Shown: in pieces, positions 25,059 through 34,779 of the stretch
How positions within the stretch are numbered: position 1 is the first letter of the stretch
How the letters are laid out: every line of letters starts with the position of its first letter
IMG/VR virus record: IMGVR_UViG_3300049594_000559
Coordinates: 1 to 35,310 of that record
Reading direction: 5' to 3' (one strand)
DNA from: a virus
Lineage: Duplodnaviria; Caudoviricetes
DNA length: 35,310 bases
Translations under genes and position numbers: made by a program
The notes under the pieces: generated by a model
The model's database searches: none
What the model saw: the letters and a program-made list of their open reading frames with translations, nothing else
What the model was told of the DNA's origin: nothing

Positions 25059-25128
25059 AGGAATGTTCGCCTGGGAGCGGACTCGGCCTCCAAAGCCGAT
25101 GGACAGTGTTCGAATCACTGCGTTCCTG
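25059..25128 (+). tRNA. trnW: tRNA-Trp(CCA)
   Basis: AGGAATG/CGTTCCT, G73; TCGGC-CTCCAAA-GCCGA. Confidence 0.85.
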
Positions 25129-25135
25129 CTGACTT

Positions 25136-25209
25136 GCCGATGTGGCTCGACTGAGAAAGGCACCTGTCTTGTAAACAGGTTCATGCTGGTGCGAATCCAG
25201 TCATCGGCT
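25136..25209 (+). tRNA. trnT: tRNA-Thr(TGT)
   Basis: GCCGATG/CATCGGC; CCTGT-CTTGTAA-ACAGG; T loop TGCGAAT. Confidence 0.85.
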
Positions 25210-25212
25210 CTG

Positions 25213-25285
25213 GCAACTGAACTGCCTGTTTGGATTACATCAACCAACAAAGAAAGTATCTGAACAAATCAATTCGCTCAGTTGC
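25213..25285 (+). ncRNA. Y-RNA-like RNA 3 (minimal, no tRNA domain)
   Basis: AACTGCC-N5-GGATTACAT core; GCAACTGA/TCAGTTGC closing stem; TGTTTGGA/TCTGAACA inner stem. Confidence 0.65.
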
Positions 25286-25332
25286 ATTTACTGATTCGTC
25301 GCAATGGGAAAACCGTTGCGGCGAGTCTTTTC

Positions 25333-25459
25333 GACTGACTGCCAAGTCGGATTACATGTGTCGTGAGTTCGAATCTCATCAGCGTCTGCAAGGATGCTGT
25401 AGCTCAGTTGGCAGAGCAATGTCTAGAACAATCTGATTTTCACTTCGTCAGTCTTTTTT
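25333..25459 (+). ncRNA. yrlA: YrlA-like Y RNA 4 (permuted tRNA-mimic domain)
   Basis: GACTGAC/GTCAGTC stem; T arm GTGAGTTCGAATCTCAT, closed acceptor CAGCGTC/GATGCTG, D arm TAGCTCAGTTGGCAGAGC; U6 tail. Confidence 0.85.
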
Positions 25460-25560
25460 CGAACCAGAATGTAAAAAACTGGTCCTTAGTTACACCGAAA
25501 CAATGAATGAACACGGGGGAAGCGAATCAAGCTAGGGCTTCATTCTGCTTTGCGATTCTC

Positions 25561-25632
25561 GTTCGACTGCCAGTTGGGATTACATCTTTAGGGAAGATGG
25601 CGAAAGCCTTTCTCAACAACCCTTCGTCGAAC
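25561..25632 (+). ncRNA. Y-RNA-like RNA 5 (minimal), directly upstream of rsr
   Basis: GTTCGAC/GTCGAAC stem; GACTGCC-N5-GGATTACAT...CTTCGTC core; GTTGGGA/TCTCAAC inner stem. Confidence 0.7.
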
Positions 25633-25658
25633 AGTTTTTAGTTTAGGAGATCTCTCCA

Positions 25659-27317
25659 ATGGCAAACAAGTCACTATTCGCAAGCATGCTTGGCCGATTG
25701 CCGCAGGCTAACGCGGTCAACGAAGCAGGTGGCCGCGCGTACAAGCTCGACCCGAAGCACGCCCTGGCACAGATTGCCGCTACGGGTACGTTTGGGAACG
25801 CGTTCTACAGCACTGCTGAAACGCAGCTTGACGAAGTGCTGAAGTTGATTGATGAGGTCGACGACAACCAGTACTTGGCGAAGCTGGCACTGTACGCTCG
25901 CGAAAAGGCGTTCATGAAGGATATGCCGGCTGCATTGCTGGTCGCACTGTCGGTTCGGGATACCGAGCTGATGCACCGAGTATTTGATCGCGTGGTCGAT
26001 AACGGTCGCGTTCTGCGCACTGTGTTTCAGATGATTCGATCTGGCCAGTTCAAGAACAAGGCAGGTAAGAGCCGCTTTGGTTTGTCGAGCTCTGTACAGC
26101 GAGCGTTCCAGCGCTGGTTGAACACGGCCTCGGTCGGAAAGCTGTTGAGCGCATCAATCGGTAACGATCCGAGCTTGCGGGACATCCTGCGTATGGCTCG
26201 ACCGACGCCGAAGGATAACGCTCGCCGGGCGATGTTCGGTTGGTTGACGGATAAGTCGATCGACAAGTGGGCGCCGGCAACGGAAGTTGACTTGCCGGTT
26301 GAAGTTCAGGCGCTGATCGCGTACCGAAACTCGGAAAGCGAAGAAGCACAAGCCTTGATCGCTGGTGGACTGGATAACGTCCGCTGGGACTTGCTCGCTG
26401 ATGCTGCCAAGGGACCGAAGGTTTGGGCTGCACTGGCTCGCAAGATGGGTCCGCAGGCATTGCGTATGAACTTGAACACGTTGCTACGACACGATGTGTT
26501 CAACTTAGAACGATTGTCCCAATCGTCCAGCAACATGGTCGAGTACGTCGCAGACCGGATCGCTGACGAGTCGGAGATCCGACGTTCGAAGCAGTTCCCG
26601 TACCAGTACTTCGCTGCGTACTTGAACGCAGATGACAATGTTCCGCAGAAGATCAAGACTGCGCTGCATAAGGCAGCCGAGATCGCTTGTGGAAACGTAC
26701 CGGAGTTGCCAGGTCCGGTTGTTATTGGTCTGGATACTTCTGGATCGATGAGCAGCGCAGTAACGGGACAGCGTGGACACGGTGCAACTTCGAAGATGCG
26801 CTGCATCGACGTGGCAGCACTGTTCGCCGCAGCGATCCTGCGACGCAACCCGGACAGCGTTGTGATTCCGTTCGATACTTCGGCTTACGATGCCAAGATC
26901 GATCCAAACGATTCGATTTTGAGCATTGCTGAACGGTTGGCAAAGTACGGTGGTGGCGGAACAGATTGTTCGCTGCCGCTAGTTGCTGCCAACCAGAGGC
27001 ATGCAAAGCGTAAGTTCGCTGGCGTCGTTCTCGTTAGCGATAACGAGAGCTGGATTGGAACAGGACGGCACGGTTCGACCCGTGTGATGACGGCTTGGGA
27101 AGCCTTCGTTGCCAACCAACGCAAGCTGGCTGGTAAGGAAGCAGCTCCGAAGCTGATCAACATCGATCTGCAGCCGTACCAGACGGTTCAGGCTTGCGAG
27201 CGAGCTGACATTATGAACATCGGTGGCTTCAGTGACTCCGTGTTCAACGTGATCAGTGCGTTCCTGGCCGACAACAACCAGCGATTCGTCGCGGAAGTTG
27301 AAGCGATCGAACTGTAA
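25659..27317 (+). CDS. rsr: Ro60/Rsr TROVE-domain RNA-binding protein
   Basis: N-terminal [16 protein letters not shown], v[28 protein letters not shown] and IGGFSDSVF; SD AGGAG. Confidence 0.95.
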   Translation: MANKSLFASMLGRLPQANAVNEAGGRAYKLDPKHALAQIAATGTFGNAFYSTAETQLDEVLKLIDEVDDNQYLAKLALYAREKAFMKDMPAALLVALSVRDTELMHRVFDRVVDNGRVLRTVFQMIRSGQFKNKAGKSRFGLSSSVQRAFQRWLNTASVGKLLSASIGNDPSLRDILRMARPTPKDNARRAMFGWLTDKSIDKWAPATEVDLPVEVQALIAYRNSESEEAQALIAGGLDNVRWDLLADAAKGPKVWAALARKMGPQALRMNLNTLLRHDVFNLERLSQSSSNMVEYVADRIADESEIRRSKQFPYQYFAAYLNADDNVPQKIKTALHKAAEIACGNVPELPGPVVIGLDTSGSMSSAVTGQRGHGATSKMRCIDVAALFAAAILRRNPDSVVIPFDTSAYDAKIDPNDSILSIAERLAKYGGGGTDCSLPLVAANQRHAKRKFAGVVLVSDNESWIGTGRHGSTRVMTAWEAFVANQRKLAGKEAAPKLINIDLQPYQTVQACERADIMNIGGFSDSVFNVISAFLADNNQRFVAEVEAIEL

Positions 27318-27434
27318 ACGCGAGTTGGACTCCGGTCCAACTTCGGTATACTTGAAACTTGGGCACCCGCCGGTCGGAACACGATCAGCGAGTGTTGTTA
27401 TTTGATGAATAGAAACAGCGCGGAGAGACGGTCA

Positions 27435-27833
27435 ATGGAAGAAACAGACGCACCAAACATAAAGCAGGTCATCGTCATGCGACACGACCTGAAGATGCGC
27501 AGAGGAAAGCAGATCGCTCAGGGGGCTCACGCTTCTATGTCGTTTCTTACGCGCAAATTGCAGAGCAAATCATCTATTTGCATGGATGATTTTACGTCCA
27601 ACCAGCAAACCTGGATTATGGGGTCGTTTGCGAAGGTGTGCGTTCGCTGCAATAGCGAAGAGGAACTGATGGCGATTCACGACAGAGCCGTCGAAATGGG
27701 GCTTGAGGTCCACTTGATCACTGACAGCGGCCGAACCGAATTTCACGGGGAACCAACTCGAACTTGTTTGGCTATTGGACCTGATGAAGCATCTAAGATA
27801 GATCAGGTGACGGGCCACCTTGAGTTGCTTTAG
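27435..27833 (+). CDS. pth2: Peptidyl-tRNA hydrolase, Pth2 type
   Basis: KQVIVMRHDLKMRRGKQIAQGAHAS, DSGRTEF and TCLAIGP. Alternative start near 27402. Confidence 0.93.
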   Translation: MEETDAPNIKQVIVMRHDLKMRRGKQIAQGAHASMSFLTRKLQSKSSICMDDFTSNQQTWIMGSFAKVCVRCNSEEELMAIHDRAVEMGLEVHLITDSGRTEFHGEPTRTCLAIGPDEASKIDQVTGHLELL

Positions 27834-27898
27834 AGATACGGGCGCTGAAAGGCATGGAAGACTTTGCCAAGATTGGAAAACTATCAAACGCGCGCTGC

Positions 27899-28084
27899 CA
27901 GTACCTAATCATTTCCGATCTATAAGCCCCTGGCTTGATGGACCGAATCGACTGGATCTGCGGCGAGTGGCACGGTCGCAAAGATAACAAACGGCTTGCC
28001 AATTTCCTAAGCCAGACACATCTCTTCCGTATCCATCCCAACTATCAAGAAACGAGGGATATGTTTATGGCTCAGCGGATCTAG
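27899..28084 (+). pseudogene. Degenerate duplicate of the 3' end of the FkbM gene
   Basis: Gapless alignment to 20000-20185; 42 mismatches in 186 nt by hand count (about 77% identity); in-frame TAA; same terminal ATC TAG. Confidence 0.9.
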
Positions 28085-28140
28085 AGGCTGCATGTTGACG
28101 CAATTGATCCTCGGATTTGCAAACTATCGCTGTAACAACT

Positions 28141-28719
28141 TCAATATTGTTCAGATTTATCGTCCTTTCGAATGCCAGCCAAAATTAATGCCTTATTCCA
28201 GTTTCTAAATCTTGTCTCAATCGTGCGAGCCACCGCAAAGTTATCGCACGCGAAATCGGTGAATCTCATGGATTTTCCTTCTTGGGCCCGCTCCCGTAAT
28301 AGTTGGAAAATTTGCTCGTTGGTCATCTTCGGGTTAATCGGACCCCAGTGCAAGCGTTTCCTGTCGATACCAGCAGCATTCAAAGCATTTTGCCAAGAGC
28401 CAAAAATCTCAATCGCTGCACGGTATAGAGTGTAATTGGCCTTGCGAACATTTACTGCTTTCACGGAACCCAACCTTCCCACCCGTCGACGTATTTGTTT
28501 GATCACATTTTCTGGTATCCACTTCTTTCTGCGCTGGCGTCTTTTTCGAACACCTGCGTATTTTAGTGCCAATGGCCAAGTTCCGAAAAATTCGCAAGCT
28601 TCATCAAACAACGCCTTGTCTTTCTGGCAGATAAGTTCTTCTGTTAGAACTTGGTGCTGACTCTCAATCTCAAGTATGCGCCGAATCACCTGCTTTCGAT
28701 TGGTATCGAATGAAGTCAT
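28141..28719 (-). CDS. Putative DNA-binding protein with three FG(S/T)W..AL..AG repeats
   Basis: Repeats FGTWPLALKYAG, FGSWQNALNAAG and FRNWNKALILAG; basic protein. Confidence 0.75.
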   Translation of the reverse strand: MTSFDTNRKQVIRRILEIESQHQVLTEELICQKDKALFDEACEFFGTWPLALKYAGVRKRRQRRKKWIPENVIKQIRRRVGRLGSVKAVNVRKANYTLYRAAIEIFGSWQNALNAAGIDRKRLHWGPINPKMTNEQIFQLLRERAQEGKSMRFTDFACDNFAVARTIETRFRNWNKALILAGIRKDDKSEQY

Positions 28720-28724
28720 AGCCG

Positions 28725-29576
28725 TTAAACCTCACTTCCTTCAACAATCTCTCTGAAATCCCCCAGCAATTCAGAATGCTTTTCAAGTAGTTGAGTGTGC
28801 ACTCTTTCGTTAGCCATCAAAGACCGTACGTAGATAATGAGCTTGAGGAGGTTATAGGAATACTGGCGATACAGACCCGCGTAAAACTCCTGCTTTTCCT
28901 CCGCTTCTTGCAGGCGTTTCAGAAGATCATCGTTCTTTTTTTCAGACTTTTCCCAAGGTGAGAAACCGTTCGCAGGAAGTTTAGCGCGTTTGGCGACAGG
29001 CGTCTTGAGTATTAGGCCGCGCACAAATGGTACGCTAAAATCGTTGCAAGATTCCATCAGCTCCAAGATTTCGAGCTGCCGGTCTTGTCTTACGTATCTT
29101 AACTCCCGAGCCACATTTCGTAGAAACTTGCCCGCCTCAAAGGCTTTCGCCACTGACGGGTGTAGCTGCTTCAGTAGCGATTGATTCAGGCGATGACCGA
29201 TACCGCTAATTCCAAATGCGGTTGCGATGGTCTTTTCGTCCAATTCCTCTAAAGATTTACGTAGCATCCGCATCTCTTGTGAATGGCTGAGACGATTCAC
29301 CATTCGGTTGCCAGTAAAGGCCTCACGCTCTTTCCAGATGATGCATGGAACCCGTTCTATTCCCATCTCCAGCAGGATTTTGTAGCGCTGGTAGCCGTCG
29401 AGAATCAGATATTCTCCATTCTCAGGAAATACGATCAGTGGCTCAATAAGACCTACAGATCGAATACTGGCGGCAATCCGCTGGAACTCTCGATTTGAGA
29501 TTTCTCTGGTCACCCTGGGTTTCAGCCGAACGATTGGCAGATCGAGGCCTTTGACGATTACTTCGTTTTGTCGCAT
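28725..29576 (-). CDS. ParB N-terminal domain / RepB-like protein
   Basis: SIRSVGLIEPLIV and YLILDGYQR. Confidence 0.85.
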   Translation of the reverse strand: MRQNEVIVKGLDLPIVRLKPRVTREISNREFQRIAASIRSVGLIEPLIVFPENGEYLILDGYQRYKILLEMGIERVPCIIWKEREAFTGNRMVNRLSHSQEMRMLRKSLEELDEKTIATAFGISGIGHRLNQSLLKQLHPSVAKAFEAGKFLRNVARELRYVRQDRQLEILELMESCNDFSVPFVRGLILKTPVAKRAKLPANGFSPWEKSEKKNDDLLKRLQEAEEKQEFYAGLYRQYSYNLLKLIIYVRSLMANERVHTQLLEKHSELLGDFREIVEGSEV

Positions 29577-29593
29577 TGGTTGTCCTTGTTTGT

Positions 29594-30481
29594 TTATTGA
29601 AGTTCATATTTAAAATCACCCATGAGGTCTGGTCGTTTGTCGAGACCCTCTTCGGTCAGAAGAGTCCGGATGTCGTTGTCTCGCCAAAGAGCATTGATCC
29701 CGCTGAGTAAGGTTAAGAAACGATTCTCCTTGTGCTCAGCTTGTTTCACATAATTGGTTTTTTGCTTCGTCGCCTCGGCGATATCCTGCTTGAGCTGGTC
29801 CACTGTGTACCCCTTGTTAGATGCTGCACGCTTCCTGCCGATATTGGCTTGATGGGTGATTAGTTTCCGCGCTTGGGCGAAATTCGCCGTGGTGACGATC
29901 CCCTGATCGAATGCATCCATAAGCAAGTGCTGAAGCTGCGAGTTTTCGGTCAAAGAAACCTGCAAGGCAAAAGTGATAGGAAAGATCCCTTGCTCTACTC
30001 CGTGAATTAATCTTTCCTCACCCTGCTCGATAAGGCGGATATATTGACGAATGTATTCCACAGATTTGCATGCGATCTTCGCGATCTTGGCGTATTCCCA
30101 GCCTTCGTCGTGAAGTCTTTTGATTTCGCGAGCAAAGTCCATCGTCCCTGGCTTGGTTCGTGCAATATTCTCGACGAGTGATTGGAGGTATGCGTCTTTG
30201 CGCGAGCAGGTTACCACTTCGGCCAAAACTTGCGATTTGCCGATTTCTTTGTGCGCTAGCAATCGGCCTTCACCGCAAATCAACTCATAGAAGCCCGACT
30301 TCTCAAGAAATTTGTCGTTGACGCGAATAGGCTTCATCAACCCAAGTTCGTTGATACTCGTAACATTCATCTTGAATTGATCGGAATCGCGATCACGCGA
30401 GTTGATGACCTTGATTAAGTCGATAGGTACCTCTTCATAGCGTCTTTCGCTGAAAGGCATGATGTTTACTTCATTGTCCAT
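29594..30481 (-). CDS. ParB/RepB/Spo0J-family protein
   Basis: GLMKPIRV, YELICGEGRL, SLVENIAR and an HTH region. Confidence 0.88.
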   Translation of the reverse strand: MDNEVNIMPFSERRYEEVPIDLIKVINSRDRDSDQFKMNVTSINELGLMKPIRVNDKFLEKSGFYELICGEGRLLAHKEIGKSQVLAEVVTCSRKDAYLQSLVENIARTKPGTMDFAREIKRLHDEGWEYAKIAKIACKSVEYIRQYIRLIEQGEERLIHGVEQGIFPITFALQVSLTENSQLQHLLMDAFDQGIVTTANFAQARKLITHQANIGRKRAASNKGYTVDQLKQDIAEATKQKTNYVKQAEHKENRFLTLLSGINALWRDNDIRTLLTEEGLDKRPDLMGDFKYELQ

Positions 30482-30488
30482 GCGTAAC

Positions 30489-31979
30489 TCACTGAATTAG
30501 GTTGGTTAAAAAGTCTAGGTTGCGATGCCCCAGAAGCTCGATGTTCTGTGAAGAGCAAAACACCCTGAAAGATCGATCGGTTTGGATCCATTTGGGAAGT
30601 GCGATGTATCCCAGGATTTTGAGTTGGGCCGGCTCCGCGAGGAGCACTCCAAGCGTCAAGTCGATCACGGCTCGTGAGTCGCGTCGAAGTGGCCAATATG
30701 CTGCATAGCCGTGGGGAGTTGGAACCACCGGTTGGAGAGAAAGCGTGAGCTTACGATCGAGGACTAAGAAGTCAGCGTACGAAAGTACTTCGCCGAGCAC
30801 CGTTTGGAGTTTCGACTCCACATCTTTACGGGCTTCATTCCGAACAGGGGTGAACAACTGCTGAAAGGCAAAGTCCAGCGAGCCAAATTTTTGGCCGTAA
30901 CTGGCAGCCGATGGCAATTCGGCTGAGCGTAATAGACTCGGACGGTAGAAATTGTTGTCTTCGAAGACTCGCCGAAGGCCTGCGAGCATGGTTTCGGACT
31001 CGTATTTCTCACGCCGCCGCTGGTAAATCGCCTGCGCTTTGAGGAAGGTTTCCAACTCGATGATGCCGTTGAAGGCATCTGGCGTTTTGACCCATTTCTC
31101 TTCCGGGTTGTCTCGACGAGGCGTTTTCAGCTTTTGCGTCGTGCGATTGTAGACAATGGTTCCGACATACTTCTCATTTTGCAGGATGTGTCGAACCGAG
31201 GATCGGCTCCATCCCATACCACCCGGAGAAAGAATACCCTCGCGGTTGAGTGACTTCGCGATTTGGCGTTCTGATTGGCCTTGGTTAACAAACTCATCAA
31301 AGATTCGAACCACGACCCGGGCTTCATCGGATGCAGAAGGGTTAAGTGTGACCCGCTGGTTTTGGATGCTTTTACGTTGGCCAGGTGCTAGTGGATGCAG
31401 TGGATGCCGGGATTCGTCTAGCAGTAGCCGTTCGAGACCGTAGGGAGGTGGTCCCCCCGCCCAATAGCCTTGCTCTGAGATCTTGACGCAGCCCCGCCAA
31501 ACTTTGTCGCTCAATTCTTTGCTATATTGTGCCGCCCGAAAACGCTCGAACTGTACATAGACTGGGTACAGGGGGTCGTCTTCCCGTGGCTTACCGATCG
31601 TCGTGTAGATGACCTGTTTGCCAGCCTTCTTGCATTCGGCGCTGAACTGGGCAGACAAATCGATGTCTTGGAATCTTCCCCACCGACTTACATCGAGGCA
31701 GAGGATGTACTGAAAATCGCCTCTCTTCTTAACCCAATTCTCCATCATGTCTGTGAACGCTGGGCGACCTTCCGATGTCAGCCCCGAGCGGCCATGGTCA
31801 GCGAACTCTTGGATGATCTCGACACCGTGATTCCTGGCCCACTCCCGAACCTGATCTTGTTGGATGGGAATCGAGTTCTCTTGTCGGTCTTGTGCCGAAT
31901 GCCGATAATATGCGACAGCCCTGATTTGGCCGATGTTTTTCTCTGCTTGGTCGTCCGGTATTTCCCACCAGTTATTCAT
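30489..31979 (-). CDS. Large serine recombinase
   Basis: AYYRHSA catalytic Ser, D.GRSG..RPAF, DVSRWGR, GGPPPYG and IL.NEKYVG recombinase domain. Confidence 0.93.
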   Translation of the reverse strand: MNNWWEIPDDQAEKNIGQIRAVAYYRHSAQDRQENSIPIQQDQVREWARNHGVEIIQEFADHGRSGLTSEGRPAFTDMMENWVKKRGDFQYILCLDVSRWGRFQDIDLSAQFSAECKKAGKQVIYTTIGKPREDDPLYPVYVQFERFRAAQYSKELSDKVWRGCVKISEQGYWAGGPPPYGLERLLLDESRHPLHPLAPGQRKSIQNQRVTLNPSASDEARVVVRIFDEFVNQGQSERQIAKSLNREGILSPGGMGWSRSSVRHILQNEKYVGTIVYNRTTQKLKTPRRDNPEEKWVKTPDAFNGIIELETFLKAQAIYQRRREKYESETMLAGLRRVFEDNNFYRPSLLRSAELPSAASYGQKFGSLDFAFQQLFTPVRNEARKDVESKLQTVLGEVLSYADFLVLDRKLTLSLQPVVPTPHGYAAYWPLRRDSRAVIDLTLGVLLAEPAQLKILGYIALPKWIQTDRSFRVFCSSQNIELLGHRNLDFLTNLIQ

Positions 31980-32339
31980 GCGTTTCTCCTATCCCAAGGT
32001 CGTTTACGATTTTGACGCTGGGACAATCAGTTACGCTTGGTTGGTAGAAAGCTCAATAGGCTTGGCGTAGAACCGCGGAAAGAACTGCGAACAATGGGAT
32101 TCATAGGCGTTGATTCAACCGCTGTTTTTCGACACATTATCAATGCGAATCGGGTCAACTTCCCGACGCAACTCAGTTGTCGCTGTCGGATTCAGCGGAC
32201 AAGGGAGCCTGATGCCCCCAGAAAGAAAAGAATTCAAATCGTTCGCTATTGGTGTATCGTTAACGCAAGTTTCCGAGATGAAGCTTGTCTGTGCCATCGT
32301 TAGCTTGTTGGACAAACCTGAATGTACAGGAGTAGTTTA

Positions 32340-32595
32340 GTGAAGAAACCGCTTCAATGGATCTTTGCGTTATGCCTGTTAGTCGGCTGTGATCATACGC
32401 AAAAACCCCACGCCGGACGAACCAACCTTTTTTGTTGGTCAATGGAATCCAAAGTCGCCAACCACGGAAGTTGGAACAATTACCATATTGGCTTGGAACG
32501 TGGAGTCCGGTGGAAGCGATCCCGACGTCATTGCGCAGCAGCTAAAGGAACTCATGGGATATAACAACGCCACCGGTCAATCCGTTGTGCTTTAG
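32340..32595 (+). pseudogene. Frameshifted fragment of an endonuclease/exonuclease/phosphatase-family lipoprotein
   Basis: Lipoprotein-like signal (LLVGC) in one frame and ITILAWNVESGG in another; truncated. Confidence 0.55.
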
Positions 32596-32633
32596 TTTCT
32601 TCTGCACCCGATCCCATTGCTCGTTTGTTATGA

Positions 32634-32860
32634 TCACTTCTCTGCCATGAGCGTTTTCAGCGCCGGCCGATCCAAGTTGCCGCCGGTGTAACCACCATCG
32701 TCAAAGCGTTTTGCGATTGCCTTCCAATTGGCCTCGGTTTGGCTGGAAATGTACGCCTCAGCGGCTTCGCGCTGCGCATCCAGTGAATTGAAATCTGATT
32801 CGAGGCCTTCGTCTGTTGATTTGCGAGTGTATATGGCACAACGGATCGGCGGAGTATTTA
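32634..32860 (-). pseudogene. Truncated serine recombinase N-terminus
   Basis: Hand translation IRCAIYTRKSTDEGLESDFNSLDAQREAAEAYI...DDGGYTGGNLDRPALKTLM then stop; no start codon in frame; absent from the ORF track. Confidence 0.85.
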
Positions 32861-33382
32861 CTGGAAGTCTGATCGCTCAGTACCTCGCTTTACCAGATTG
32901 AAGAACTGAAATCCGTTAATGCAGCGATGCCCCGTGACGGCTATGGCAACCGCAGTTAGTGATTTGTATTGCTCGCCGTTGAGCGCGAATCCAGAGTTAC
33001 GCACAACCACTTGTATCGTCTGTCCTTTGTAGGTTTTGACGAGAGAATCCCGAGGCTCAGGGATTCGTCGATCGACTGGGGGCTTGAGTACCGTGCTTAC
33101 AGTTCTAGATGTTGAGGCGTCATCGGCATCCGTCTTTGCCCGAACGCGAAGAATCGATTTTCGAAACGGCCTGTCTGCTGCAATCTGTTTAGCGAGTAGT
33201 CTCGATTCCTCGGAGATATCGCCTTCGGTTGTTGCCTGCATGATCAAGAGGATTCGCTTGATGTACCAGCGTTTGCATTTGATCGATACCCTCCGTGGCG
33301 TCAATCCGTGATAGCGTTCACGGAGATCGACGATCGATAGCTGCTCCAGCGTTCTTTGTTCCTTCTTTATGTTCAGTCCCAT
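32858..33382 (-). CDS. DUF2924-domain protein
   Basis: DRRIP...LVKTYKG..VVV...F.LNGEQYKSLTAVAIAVTG...NGFQFFNL; lies upstream of a recombinase as is usual for this family; possibly decaying. Confidence 0.8.
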   Translation of the reverse strand: MGLNIKKEQRTLEQLSIVDLRERYHGLTPRRVSIKCKRWYIKRILLIMQATTEGDISEESRLLAKQIAADRPFRKSILRVRAKTDADDASTSRTVSTVLKPPVDRRIPEPRDSLVKTYKGQTIQVVVRNSGFALNGEQYKSLTAVAIAVTGHRCINGFQFFNLVKRGTERSDFQ

Positions 33383-33559
33383 AAGCTCATCAGTTTGAGC
33401 TGCGTTTCCGATCGGGATTCGCTTTTGTAACAGAGAGCGCGAACAACGAGATAACCTCAAGCCGAACTCCAAACGATTGTGGGGCTACTCCGTAAGATTT
33501 GCCTTTTCGTTCAATGTAACCGTTGGAGCATGTAGAGTGTGGGGTCGGTGTCGCGCAAA

Positions 33560-33883
33560 TTACATAAGCCAAATATGAAGATGCAGTTCAGTCTTGGGGC
33601 GGCCTCGTTTGGCGAACTTCTTCTTTACCGTTTGATTCAGCGCCTGAATCCGCTGGCGGAGTGTGTCCGGAAGCACAATCGACTCCAGTTCGTTGATCGC
33701 CGAACCAAGTTTGGCGGCGAACTTCGCCAGACGGTTCTTTTCCCTCTCGGTCACGGTCACCTGGGCGGGCAGCTTGCTCCGCAGGATTTCGTTCTCGACC
33801 TTGAGGTAGCGGACCTGCCGGGCCAGCTCTTTCTGAGGCGCCCCGGCGATCAGCAACAACAGGGGCTGAAACAGGTTCTCCAC
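33560..33883 (-). pseudogene. N-terminal fragment of an integrase-core/transposase-type protein
   Basis: LARQVRYLKVENEILRSKLP...V.PDTL...GRPKT pattern; catalytic domain missing; higher GC than its flanks. Confidence 0.6.
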
Positions 33884-34153
33884 TGTGGTAGACTCGGCAA
33901 ATCGCGGGAAAATGATGGCCAATATCATTTTTGCACCCCGGTGACCGCCCCTTTGAATCCCAAACTGAGCCACATCGGGCTGGCACTCACGATCTCCGGT
34001 TCGAATGTAGCGGTTGTTCTGTGTGGGCTTGGCCGCCACCGTCCGAAGTGGCAGCCGGAAGCCAAGCCCCTTCCGGATTGGCCGTCTCGTAAACCGGTTC
34101 CAACTGGATAGAACAACTGGCACACAATGATATATGCTGGTACATTTATCTTC

Positions 34154-34779
34154 ATGAGCGTCAAGTACCCTCCCGAAGAACCCCGGCCAATCTCGGCGGC
34201 GCTGGACCATTTCCGCGTCCACGGGGGGATGCTCCGCACTCGCGAGGCTCTGGAAGCCGGTATCCATCCACGGACTCTTTACGCTCTGCGCGATTCCGGT
34301 CGGATCGAACTACTCAGTCGGGGGCTGTACCGACTGGCGGATGCTCCGTCGCTTGGCAACCCGGACCTGGTCACCGTCGCCCTCAAGATTCCCAACGGCG
34401 TGCTCTGCCTGATCTCGGCACTCGCTTGGCACGAACTCACCACCCTGATCCCCCACGAAATCTGTGTCGCCATTCCCCGAGGGGCGGAACCGCCTCGGCT
34501 GTCCTATCCACCGGTGCGGCATTTCTGGTTCAGCGGCAACGCGTATTCTGAAGGGATCACAACACACTCGGTCGATAGTGTTCCGATTCGCATTTACAGC
34601 CGCGAGAAGACGCTGGCGGACTGCTTCAAACACCGGAATCGAATCGGCCTCGACACCGTCCTGGGAAGGCTCAATGCATACCGCCGACGGTGTCACACGA
34701 ACGTCGAATCGCTGATCCGCTACGCCGAAATCTGTCGGGTGAGTAGCGTCTCCAATCTTATTTGGAGGCAGTGCTGTGA
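34154..34779 (+). pseudogene. AbiEi-family type IV antitoxin, frameshifted near the 3' end
   Basis: LSRGLYRL, GVLCLISAL and IYSREKTLADCFK motifs; the expected ending YLEAVL* (TGA 34777-34779) is in a different frame. Confidence 0.75.

Noticed and set aside
24003-25632. CRISPR array from the recurring GACTGCC...TACAT motif
   Set aside because: Spacing is irregular, the copies covary as RNA structures, and there are no cas genes in the window.
27899-28084. Diversity-generating retroelement template/variable repeat pair with 20000-20185
   Set aside because: Mismatches are not confined to adenines (many synonymous C/T and G/C changes) and no reverse transcriptase is present in the window.
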